Source: Myxococcota bacterium (GTDB lineage Bacteria; Myxococcota; JACRCW01). From it: a stretch of 30,016 nucleotides of DNA. The notes beneath the pieces were generated by a model. That model made no database searches. It saw only the letters and a program-made list of their open reading frames with translations, and was not told the DNA's origin. Below, piece after piece: positions 7,711 to 15,604 of the stretch (positions are counted from its first letter, which is position 1; every line of letters begins with the position of its first letter). The stretch spans positions 1 through 30,016 of the forward strand of contig JBFMGU010000129.1 in the NCBI GenBank assembly GCA_040752415.1, read 5' to 3'. The position numbers and the translations under genes are program-made.

Positions 7711-8705
7711 CACCGACCCGGCGTGGCGGGATCGTCGTCGTCGCGGTGGCCGTTGGCGGGCTGCACCTTCAGCTCCGGCGGCTTGAGCGCCACGCGGCTT
7801 CCCGGCGGGATGCTGCGCGTGATGAACACCGAGCCGCCAATCACACTCCCCGCGCCCAGGACCGTCTCGCCGCCCAGCACCGTGGCGTTGGCGTAGACGG
7901 TGACGCCGTCCTCCACCGTCGGGTGACGCTTGCGACCGCGGATCACCCGGCCCCGCTCGTCGCGCGGGTGGCTGAGCGCGCCCAGCGTCACGCCCTGGTA
8001 CAGCTTGACGTTGTCGCCAATCACCGTGGTCTCGCCAATGACGGCGCCGGTGGCGTGATCCAGGAAGAAGTTCTTCCCAATGGTGGCGCCGGGATGGATG
8101 TCCGCGCCGGTCTTGGCGTGCGCCCACTCCGTCATGATGCGTGGCATCAGGTCCACGCCCAGCTCATGCAGCACGTGCGCAAGCCGGTAGACGCTGATGG
8201 CCAGCACGCCCGGGTAGGCCAGGATCACCTCGTCCAGGTTCATGGCCGCGGGGTCGCCGTCAAACGCGGCTTGCACGTCGCCAATCAGCGCGCGACGGAT
8301 GTCCGGCAGGCGCGTCAGGAAGCTGTCCGCCAGCTCGCGGGCGCGCGTGTCGCTGCCGTGCGGCTCCGGGCACTCCCCGCACACCTCCGTCTCGTGGCAC
8401 AGGCACAGCGCTATCTGCGTGCACAGCTTCTCCCGCACCGCCGTCAGCGTGACACCCACGTGGTAGGCCACGTTCTCGTCGGTGAGGTCCTGCCGGCCGT
8501 GGTAGCCGGGGTAGAGGAGCTGCAGCAGCAGTTGCAGGATCTCGACGATCTCGTCGCGGGCGGGCAGGAAGCGGCGGTTGACGCGGTGGGCGCGCTGGTC
8601 GGAGCGGTAGCTCTCCAGCATCGCATTGACCAGCTCGGGAAGCGTCTCGCTCCGTGACACCGGACGCGCTCGCACCACGGATGCCACCTGACGTTGCTTG
8701 GCCAT
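7710..8705 (-). CDS. cysE: Serine O-acetyltransferase (EpsC-type CysE)
   Basis: DPAA..DEVILAYPG, TGADIHPGATIG, DHATGAVIGET, YQGVTLGA and KRHPT hexapeptide region; GAGGT RBS before ATG 8705. Confidence 0.92.
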   Translation of the reverse strand: MAKQRQVASVVRARPVSRSETLPELVNAMLESYRSDQRAHRVNRRFLPARDEIVEILQLLLQLLYPGYHGRQDLTDENVAYHVGVTLTAVREKLCTQIALCLCHETEVCGECPEPHGSDTRARELADSFLTRLPDIRRALIGDVQAAFDGDPAAMNLDEVILAYPGVLAISVYRLAHVLHELGVDLMPRIMTEWAHAKTGADIHPGATIGKNFFLDHATGAVIGETTVIGDNVKLYQGVTLGALSHPRDERGRVIRGRKRHPTVEDGVTVYANATVLGGETVLGAGSVIGGSVFITRSIPPGSRVALKPPELKVQPANGHRDDDDPATPGR

Positions 8706-8718
8706 GCTCACCACCTCA

Positions 8719-9078
8719 TCACACCCCGGGATTGGTGACCCCGGAGTGTACGCCCTGCCGGCTCACCTGCTCCAACAACGCGACGCGCACGTCGTGGGCC
8801 AGAGACTCCACCACGGACGGCAGCCGCAAGGTCAGGCCCAGTCTCCGCTCGCGGCTCTTGAGGAACAGACACGCCCGCGCCGCGTCCATGAGTTCCACCC
8901 GCGCACAGCTGATCAGCGCGTTGAAGGTGGGCCGCAGGTCCAGGGTCCCATCCTTGAACGCCTGCGCCCACGACGACGACACGGCGGCCTGCACGGTGGT
9001 GATGTCCGCGCGACCGGCCAGGGGGCTTGTCCGGATGACGTTGGCCAGCACTTCCAGGAAGTTCTGCATCAGGTCCAT
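8719..9078 (-). CDS. Hypothetical protein (119 aa)
   Basis: ATG with GGAG RBS, GC3-biased codons, co-oriented and immediately upstream of cysE; no recognised motif. Confidence 0.7.
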   Translation of the reverse strand: MDLMQNFLEVLANVIRTSPLAGRADITTVQAAVSSSWAQAFKDGTLDLRPTFNALISCARVELMDAARACLFLKSRERRLGLTLRLPSVVESLAHDVRVALLEQVSRQGVHSGVTNPGV

Positions 9079-9290
9079 GGTGACTCCACCCCATTTGCGC
9101 CCCAGCCCGCGGCGCCGCTGGCCCGTTTCATGGGACGCGCGACGCTGTCAAGCCGGCCGTGTCCACGACGACGGTTTGGAGCCCCGCGCCGGGCGGGAAT
9201 TCCAGTGGGTCAGGAATGGACCCCACGGTCGGCGGGGTGCTATTCACGACCTCTTTCAGTCGAGGAACGCGGCCAGGAGCGCCAGGGACC

Positions 9291-10904
9291 ATGAAGCTTG
9301 AGGGCATGGTGGAGGATGTCCACCTGGATGAGGTCCTGCGGGTGCTGGCCGTCAGCGGCCGCTCCGGCACGCTCCGCCTCGAGGGTGACGGGGAGGGCGG
9401 ATTCCTGAGCCTGAGTGGAGGTCGCATCCTGGCCGCGCGCGTCGACAGCGACCGCAGGACCGTGGCTGAGGTGCTGGTGGGCGCGGACCTGGTTCCGCAG
9501 GAGACGCTGGATGAGCTCTCCGAGTCCCAGCGCAAGCAGCCCATCCCCCAGTGCTTCTCCGACCTGCTCACCGTCATGCCGGAGCTCCCCGACGAGGTCC
9601 GCGCCATCCTGCAGGAGCGCCTCAAGGACCTGACGCTCAAGCTGCTGGCCATCCGCGCCGGTCGCTTCCACTTCACCGTCAGCCCGGAGCCCCCGCAGGT
9701 TCCCTGCTACCTGGGTGACCAGGGCGTGGCCGTCGACGAGGGCGTGCCCGCCGACGGGCTGGTGACCGAGGCCAAGAAGCGTCGCACCGCGCCGGTGGAG
9801 CAGACCCCCGCCCCGCGCGCCAAGACCGGCCGCCTCCCCGCGGTGCCCGGCGTGGACCTCGTCCTCGTCGACAACGACGCCACCCTGTTGGCGGAGGCGC
9901 GTCGCCGGTTCTCCGGCCGCGGCCTCAGCACGCTCACGGTCGAGGGCGTGGCCCAGGCGCTCCAGGCCATGGACGAGGGGACGCGCTGGCGCCCGCACAC
10001 CGTGGCGGTGGTGGACCTGGTGATGCCGCGTGGGGACGGTCGCGGGATCCTGGGCGGGCTGGACCTGATCCGGCGCGTGAAGGCCAAGGACCCGGACACC
10101 CGCGTGGTGCTTGCCTCCGACGTGGACAACACCGACGCCGAGCAGCGGGCCCGGGAGATGGGGGTCACCGCGTTCGTGCGCAAGCCGCCCGTGGGTGCCG
10201 GCAGGACCCCGGACGCCATGCTGGCGTTCCTGGACGGCGTGCTGGCCGCGGCGGGGCTGGCCGACCGCGCCGGCAGCGTGGACCTGGCCGCGGAGCTGCT
10301 CAAGGAGCTGGGTGACGCCGGTGAGTGGCGACCCGAGAGCAAGGTCCCCGCCAGCGAGATGCACCGCAACCTGGAGCTGGTGCGCGCATTGATTGCCCCG
10401 CTCAATGACCCGGAGCTGCGTGACGAAATCCCACTCATGATCCTGCGGGTGGCTTCCTCCACGTTCGGCCGCGCGGCGCTCTTCCTCGTCACCGACCAGG
10501 AATTCATCGGCCTGGGCGGATTCGGCCTGGACGCCAATGGGCGCGACCCGGGCCGCACCCTGCGGGACACGCACATCCCGCTGGACGCCGACAGCGTGCT
10601 CACCATCCCGCTCCGCGAGCGCCGGGCCAGCCGGCAGGCCTTCTTCGAGAGTGAGTGGAACCGCTACCTGTCCGAGCGGCTCGGCGGTCCCACGCCCACC
10701 GACGTCTTCGTGGCGCCAATCCTCAGCACGCGGCAGGTGGAGGCGGTGCTGTACTGCGACAACGCCGTGGACCGGAGGCCGCTGGGCGACACGCAGGTGC
10801 TGGAGATCTTCCTCACGCAGGCGGGTGCCGCCATGGAGCGCGCGGCGCTGGAGCGCAGGTTGCTGGGGGCGGTGCAGCAGACCGAGGGCGGGGTGGTGGC
10901 ATGA
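9291..10904 (+). CDS. DUF4388 (PatA-N-like)/receiver/GAF-like signalling protein
   Basis: MKLEGMVEDVHLDEVLRVL..SGRSGTL N-terminus; REC motifs LVDND, VVDLVMP and FVRKP; C-terminal FVAPI....VEAVLYCDN; ATG 9291 after AGGAG. Confidence 0.85.
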   Translation: MKLEGMVEDVHLDEVLRVLAVSGRSGTLRLEGDGEGGFLSLSGGRILAARVDSDRRTVAEVLVGADLVPQETLDELSESQRKQPIPQCFSDLLTVMPELPDEVRAILQERLKDLTLKLLAIRAGRFHFTVSPEPPQVPCYLGDQGVAVDEGVPADGLVTEAKKRRTAPVEQTPAPRAKTGRLPAVPGVDLVLVDNDATLLAEARRRFSGRGLSTLTVEGVAQALQAMDEGTRWRPHTVAVVDLVMPRGDGRGILGGLDLIRRVKAKDPDTRVVLASDVDNTDAEQRAREMGVTAFVRKPPVGAGRTPDAMLAFLDGVLAAAGLADRAGSVDLAAELLKELGDAGEWRPESKVPASEMHRNLELVRALIAPLNDPELRDEIPLMILRVASSTFGRAALFLVTDQEFIGLGGFGLDANGRDPGRTLRDTHIPLDADSVLTIPLRERRASRQAFFESEWNRYLSERLGGPTPTDVFVAPILSTRQVEAVLYCDNAVDRRPLGDTQVLEIFLTQAGAAMERAALERRLLGAVQQTEGGVVA

Positions 10905-11311
10905 GCGCAACCCGGGCCCTCAAGGTGCTGGTGGTGGATGACTCCGGCGCCACGCGACAGATGCTGCAGGCCGCGGTGGAAGCGCTGGCGGATGAGCGCG
11001 GGGAGCGCGCGGACGTCGACACGGCGGCCAGCGGGCTGAAGGCGCTGCAGCTGCTGCCCGGCCAGAACTATGACCTCATCCTGACGGACATCAACATGCC
11101 GGATGTGCACGGGCTGGAGCTCATCCGGTTCGTCCGCCAGCAGCCGCAGCACAAGGACACGCCCATCCTGGTCATCAGCACCGAGGGCGCGGAGAAGGAC
11201 CGGCAGAAGGCGTTGGCCCTGGGCGCCAGCGCCTACCTGGTCAAGCCGGTGGAGATGGCGGCGCTCCGCAAGGCGGTGGAGGGCGTCTGGCCCGCGGAGA
11301 AGGTCCGGTGA
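10901..11311 (+). CDS. cheY: Single-domain response regulator (CheY-like)
   Basis: VLVVDDS, LILTDINMP, ISTEG and YLVKP; ATGA overlap. Confidence 0.9.
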   Translation: MSATRALKVLVVDDSGATRQMLQAAVEALADERGERADVDTAASGLKALQLLPGQNYDLILTDINMPDVHGLELIRFVRQQPQHKDTPILVISTEGAEKDRQKALALGASAYLVKPVEMAALRKAVEGVWPAEKVR

Positions 11312-13317
11312 ATGACAAGGAATTCAGGGCGGAAGCCTCGGAAACCGTGGAGGCGCTGGCGCGCGGCGTCTCCCAGCTCGACTCCGGGCTGAAGACCGGC
11401 AAGGTCAGCCCCGCCCTCATCAACGACGTCTTCCGGGCCGCGCACAGTCTCAAGGGCGTGGCGGGTCTCTTTGGCGTGGAGGCGCTGGGCCAGCTCACGC
11501 ACACCATGGAGGACCTGCTGGACGCGCTGCGGCTCGGGAAGCTGCCGCTCACCAGCGCCGTCCTCTCCGCCCTGGATGACGCCGTGGAGGTCTTCCAGAA
11601 GCTGGTGGCCGGCGGTCGGGAGAATGACCCCAAGCTGCTGGACGCGCTGACCCGCGTGGCGCAGCGCATGGCAGCGGTGCGCACCGGCGATGGCGCGGAG
11701 CCGGAGGGGCGCACCCTGGCGGACCTGGACCTCCCGCAGGAATTCTTCACCGTCCTCACCGAGTACGAGGAGCACCGTCTCTCCGACAGCGCGGCGCGGG
11801 GCGTCCCGCTCTACCTGGTGCACGCGCCCCTTTCCCTGGACGGCTTCGACCTGGCGCTGGCCAAGCTCACCGACCTGCTCAAGGCCCGCGGCGAGCTCAT
11901 CACCACGCTTCCCTCCAGCCAGAGTGGTCCCGGCGGCATTGCGTTTGACATGCTGTTCGCCGGTGAGATGTCCGCCGAGGAGGTGAAGGACGCCATCGGG
12001 GCCCTCAGTGACCAGTACACCGTGACGACGATTGGGCGTCGCAACACGCCGGCGCCCAAGGAGCCTCCGCCGCTCCCCGTGGAGCGTGAGACCGACACCG
12101 GTGTGCCCGCGCCCGCCACGCTGGCGGAGACGGTCCGCGTCGACATCGAGAAGCTGGACCGCCTGATGAACGTGGTGGGCGAGATGGCGGTGGCCAAGAG
12201 CGGCATTGCGCGGGTCAGCGAGATGCTCAAGGCCGCCGGCCAGGCCAATCACACGCCGGTGTTGGAGCTGCAGAAGCTGGCGCGCGTGCTGGAGCGCAAG
12301 ATCGACGAGCTGCAGAGCGGCATCATGGAAGTGCGCATGGTGCCCCTGGCGCAGACGTTCGAGCGGCTGAGCCGGCTGGCGCGCAAGACCAGTCGGGAAG
12401 TGGGCAAGGACGTCCAGTTCATCACCCGCGGTGAGGACACCGAGCTGGACAAGCTCCTCATGGAGCAGCTCTCCGACCCCCTCATCCACCTCGTGCGCAA
12501 CGCGGTGGACCACGGGATTGAGCCCAAGGAGGCGCGCCTCAAGGCCGGCAAGCCGGAGCTGGGCACCATCACCGTCAGCGCGCAGCCGCGCGGGCACCAC
12601 GTGCTCATCAGCGTGGAGGACGACGGCGGCGGCCTGGACGAGGTGAACATCCGTCGCACCGCGTTGGAGCGCGGCCTGGTGACGGAGGAGCGCGTGGGCT
12701 CGCTGTCCCGTCGCGAGCTGTGGAACCTCATCTTCCTCCCGGGCTTCTCCACCCGTCGGGAGACCACCGACCTCTCCGGGCGTGGCGTGGGCATGGACGT
12801 GGTGCGTACCAACATCTCGCGCCTCTCCGGCATGATCGAGATCGACAGCAATCCCGGTCGCGGCACCCGCTTCACGCTCACCGTCCCCATCACGCTGGCC
12901 ATCATCCAGAGCCTGGTCATCCGCGTGCGCGGCCGCACCTTTGCGCTGCCGCTCAATGGCGTCCTGGAGATCCTGGCGTACGAGCCGAACCTGCTGCGCA
13001 CCGTGGAGGGGCGCGAGGTGTTCCAGACGCGCAAGGGCTCCGTTCCGCTGCTGCGCCTGGGCGACGTGTTCGGCTTTGGCGGCGAGGACAACCCGCGCGG
13101 CTACGTGGTGCTGGCCGGCGTGGCGCTGAACCGCGTGGGTCTGGTTGTCGACGAGCTGGTGGGGCAGCAGGACATCGTCATCAAGCCGCTGGGGCGCCTG
13201 CTCAAGGGGCTGCGGGGCATTGCCGGCGCCACGGACCTGGGCGAGGCCTCGACCGTGCTGGTGCTGGACGTGGGTGGGTTGCTGGAGGAGGCGCTGGGCC
13301 TTTCCGCCGCAGCGTGA
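11308..13317 (+). CDS. cheA: Chemotaxis histidine kinase CheA
   Basis: Hpt FRAAHSLKG, P2, TVRVDIEKLDRLMN, HLVRNAVDHG, DDGGG, FLPGFST, SGRGVGMDVV and a C-terminal CheW-like P5. Confidence 0.97.
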   Translation: MNDKEFRAEASETVEALARGVSQLDSGLKTGKVSPALINDVFRAAHSLKGVAGLFGVEALGQLTHTMEDLLDALRLGKLPLTSAVLSALDDAVEVFQKLVAGGRENDPKLLDALTRVAQRMAAVRTGDGAEPEGRTLADLDLPQEFFTVLTEYEEHRLSDSAARGVPLYLVHAPLSLDGFDLALAKLTDLLKARGELITTLPSSQSGPGGIAFDMLFAGEMSAEEVKDAIGALSDQYTVTTIGRRNTPAPKEPPPLPVERETDTGVPAPATLAETVRVDIEKLDRLMNVVGEMAVAKSGIARVSEMLKAAGQANHTPVLELQKLARVLERKIDELQSGIMEVRMVPLAQTFERLSRLARKTSREVGKDVQFITRGEDTELDKLLMEQLSDPLIHLVRNAVDHGIEPKEARLKAGKPELGTITVSAQPRGHHVLISVEDDGGGLDEVNIRRTALERGLVTEERVGSLSRRELWNLIFLPGFSTRRETTDLSGRGVGMDVVRTNISRLSGMIEIDSNPGRGTRFTLTVPITLAIIQSLVIRVRGRTFALPLNGVLEILAYEPNLLRTVEGREVFQTRKGSVPLLRLGDVFGFGGEDNPRGYVVLAGVALNRVGLVVDELVGQQDIVIKPLGRLLKGLRGIAGATDLGEASTVLVLDVGGLLEEALGLSAAA

Positions 13318-13323
13318 TGGAAC

Positions 13324-14139
13324 ATGGCTGAGACGAGGAGTCGCAGGAAGGGCGGAGAGAAGGTGCCGGCGTCCCCGGGCGCCACGGGCGCGTTGCCGTT
13401 CGAGGGGGCTCCCGGCGTCAGCACGCTCCCGCCGCTGCCCGCGCGGGGGCCGGAGATGGCCGGCGTCCAGTCCGTCGTCGGAAGCGTCCTGCCGCCACGC
13501 GCCGCGCCGCCTCATCCCGGTGCCGCCATCAGCGCGCACGCTTCCCTCTCTCCCAGCCTGGTTCCCGTCGGGGGCGACCCGCTGGACGAGTTCTTCCTCA
13601 ACCCCGACCGCGACGGCGTGGTGGTGGAAACGGAAGTTGCCCACATCACGCAGGTGGACCTGGGCGACGACCGCGAGCGCGTCCTCATCTTCGGCCTGGG
13701 CAACGAGGAGTACGGCCTGGAGATCATGGCGGTGCGCGAGATCCTGAAGCCACCCGTGCTCACGGAGGTGCCGCGCGCGCCGCATCCCGTGCTGGGCGTG
13801 TTCTCCCTGCGCGGCCTGGTGCTCCCCGTGCTGGCCCTCACCGACGTGCTGGGCGTGGGCGGTGAAGCGCGCGGTGGTGGCCGGGAGGCGCGCGTGCTGG
13901 TGGTGGGGCACGGGGAGGACGCGGTGGGTCTGTGGGTGCACCGCGTGGCGCACGTGGCGCGCATGTCGCGGCGGATGGTGGAGCCGGCGCCGGGAGGCCT
14001 GGATGGCAGCCGCCGGGCCATGCTGCGCGGCCTGGTGCGCATGGATGAGCGCCTCATCATCCTCCTGGACCTGCCGCAGCTGCTCACACGCCTGGGCGTG
14101 CAGGTGGCTCCCACCGCATCACAACCGGTGAACGCATGA
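13324..14139 (+). CDS. cheW: CheW with a long Pro-rich N-terminal extension
   Basis: FGLGNEEYGL..VREI, TEVPRAP..VLGVFSLRG.VLPV and LIILLDL. Confidence 0.9.
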   Translation: MAETRSRRKGGEKVPASPGATGALPFEGAPGVSTLPPLPARGPEMAGVQSVVGSVLPPRAAPPHPGAAISAHASLSPSLVPVGGDPLDEFFLNPDRDGVVVETEVAHITQVDLGDDRERVLIFGLGNEEYGLEIMAVREILKPPVLTEVPRAPHPVLGVFSLRGLVLPVLALTDVLGVGGEARGGGREARVLVVGHGEDAVGLWVHRVAHVARMSRRMVEPAPGGLDGSRRAMLRGLVRMDERLIILLDLPQLLTRLGVQVAPTASQPVNA

Positions 14140-14678
14140 AGGAAGCCCTGGAGCTTGCCACGCAGCAGCAGCAACCGGCGGCGGAAGCGCCCCGTCCCGC
14201 CACCCGCGACCCGGAGGTGCACCTGGCCGCCTTCCGCGTGGGCCAGGACGAGATGGTCATCGACATCATGCGCATCCGCGAGATCCTGCGCCCGGTGCCG
14301 GTGACGCCGCTGCCCAAGGCTCCGCTGGGCGTGAAGGGCATGATCAACCTGCGCGGCAGCGTCATCCCCATCATTGACGTGCGCACGCGGTTTGGTCTCC
14401 CCACCGTTGAAGGCATGCGCACCCAGCGCGTGATGGTGGTGCTGGATCGTCGACGGTTGTGGGGGTTGCACGTGGACGCGGTCATGGAAGTGGTGCGGGT
14501 GCCGCGCAGCATCATCCGCCCCGGCACCGAGATCTTCACCGGTGACGCCGCGGAGGTGTTCTCCGGCGTGCTGGAACACAAGGGGCGCCTCTTGCTGATG
14601 CTGAACCTGGCGCGCTTCATCCAGCGGGATGAGAGCGTGCCCATTCCCGCGCTTCTTCCTCCCGGGGGCAGGCCATGA
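14136..14678 (+). CDS. cheW: CheW
   Basis: FRVG..EMVIDIMRIREI, TPLPKAP...KGMINLRGSVIPIID and GLHVDAV. Confidence 0.92.
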   Translation: MKEALELATQQQQPAAEAPRPATRDPEVHLAAFRVGQDEMVIDIMRIREILRPVPVTPLPKAPLGVKGMINLRGSVIPIIDVRTRFGLPTVEGMRTQRVMVVLDRRRLWGLHVDAVMEVVRVPRSIIRPGTEIFTGDAAEVFSGVLEHKGRLLLMLNLARFIQRDESVPIPALLPPGGRP

Positions 14679-15604
14679 CCGTGAATCCCACACCGGCCGC
14701 GGCCGGAACCGCAGACGTGGAGCGTCGGGTCATCTTCTGCCCCTCGTGCAGCCGGCGTTACGCCGTGGCGCTGGACCTGCTGCAGGACGCCCACCTCCGC
14801 CTGGTGTGCGGCACCTGTGAGCACGTCTTCCGCCCCACCGAGCCGCAGCCCGTGGCGCCGCCGCGCGCGCAGGACCTGGCGCGTCGTCCCACCGTGGTGG
14901 TGGCGCATGAGAGCCCGGCGGTGTGCACCACGGTGGGGCGCGTGCTGGAGGACGCCGGCTACGCGCCGCGCTTCGTCCACGACGGAGGGAGGGCCATCGC
15001 CTCCTTTGACGACGCGCTGCCGGACCACCCCGTGGCCCTGGTCCTGGACGTGGGGATTCCCGACGTTCTGGCGTTCCAGGTCTGCAACGTGCTGCGCAGC
15101 CGGCCCAACGGCGGCAACCTGTGCATCATCCTGCTGGCCAGCGTGTTCGAGCGGACGCGGTACAAGCGTCGGCCCACGTCGCTGCACGGTGCGGACGGCT
15201 ACCTGGAGCTGCACCACGTGCCGGACCGCCTGGGGCCGCTGCTGGGGGACCTGCTGGCGCGTCGCCCCACGAACAACCCCGTGCAGCACACGCCGCTGCA
15301 GCGCGCACGCGCGGAGACCCTGGCGGAGCCAGCGGAAGCGCTGGTGCAGGACCTGGACGCGGCGCGTGTGCTCGCTCGGAGGCTGGTCAGCGACGTGGCC
15401 CTCTACCACGAGGCCGGGCTGGCCCGCGGGCTGCTGGCCGGCGAGCCGCTGTCCGACCCCGATGTGTCTGCCGCCGTCCATGAGGCACGCAGCATGTTCC
15501 GCAAGAAGGTCGACACCCCCCTGCACGGCTCCGGCGTGTTTGACGACGCGGTGCAGGAGCTGGTGGCCGGTCTGAAGCGGGGGCGGGACCCAGGCGCGCG
15601 ATGA
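14675..15604 (+). CDS. Zinc-ribbon plus atypical receiver-domain protein
   Basis: CPSC...CGTC ribbon; REC-like region with LVLDVGIP; C-terminal ARRLVSDVALYH helical domain. Confidence 0.82.
   Translation: MTVNPTPAAAGTADVERRVIFCPSCSRRYAVALDLLQDAHLRLVCGTCEHVFRPTEPQPVAPPRAQDLARRPTVVVAHESPAVCTTVGRVLEDAGYAPRFVHDGGRAIASFDDALPDHPVALVLDVGIPDVLAFQVCNVLRSRPNGGNLCIILLASVFERTRYKRRPTSLHGADGYLELHHVPDRLGPLLGDLLARRPTNNPVQHTPLQRARAETLAEPAEALVQDLDAARVLARRLVSDVALYHEAGLARGLLAGEPLSDPDVSAAVHEARSMFRKKVDTPLHGSGVFDDAVQELVAGLKRGRDPGAR

Noticed and set aside
7711..8127. N-terminal extension of the EEP ORF to 8127
   Set aside because: It overlaps cysE in another frame; the signal-peptide start at 7710 fits better
11233..13953. 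906-aa minus-strand ORF and other long antisense ORFs over the che operon
   Set aside because: Shadows of cheA/cheW and neighbours, with no domain motifs
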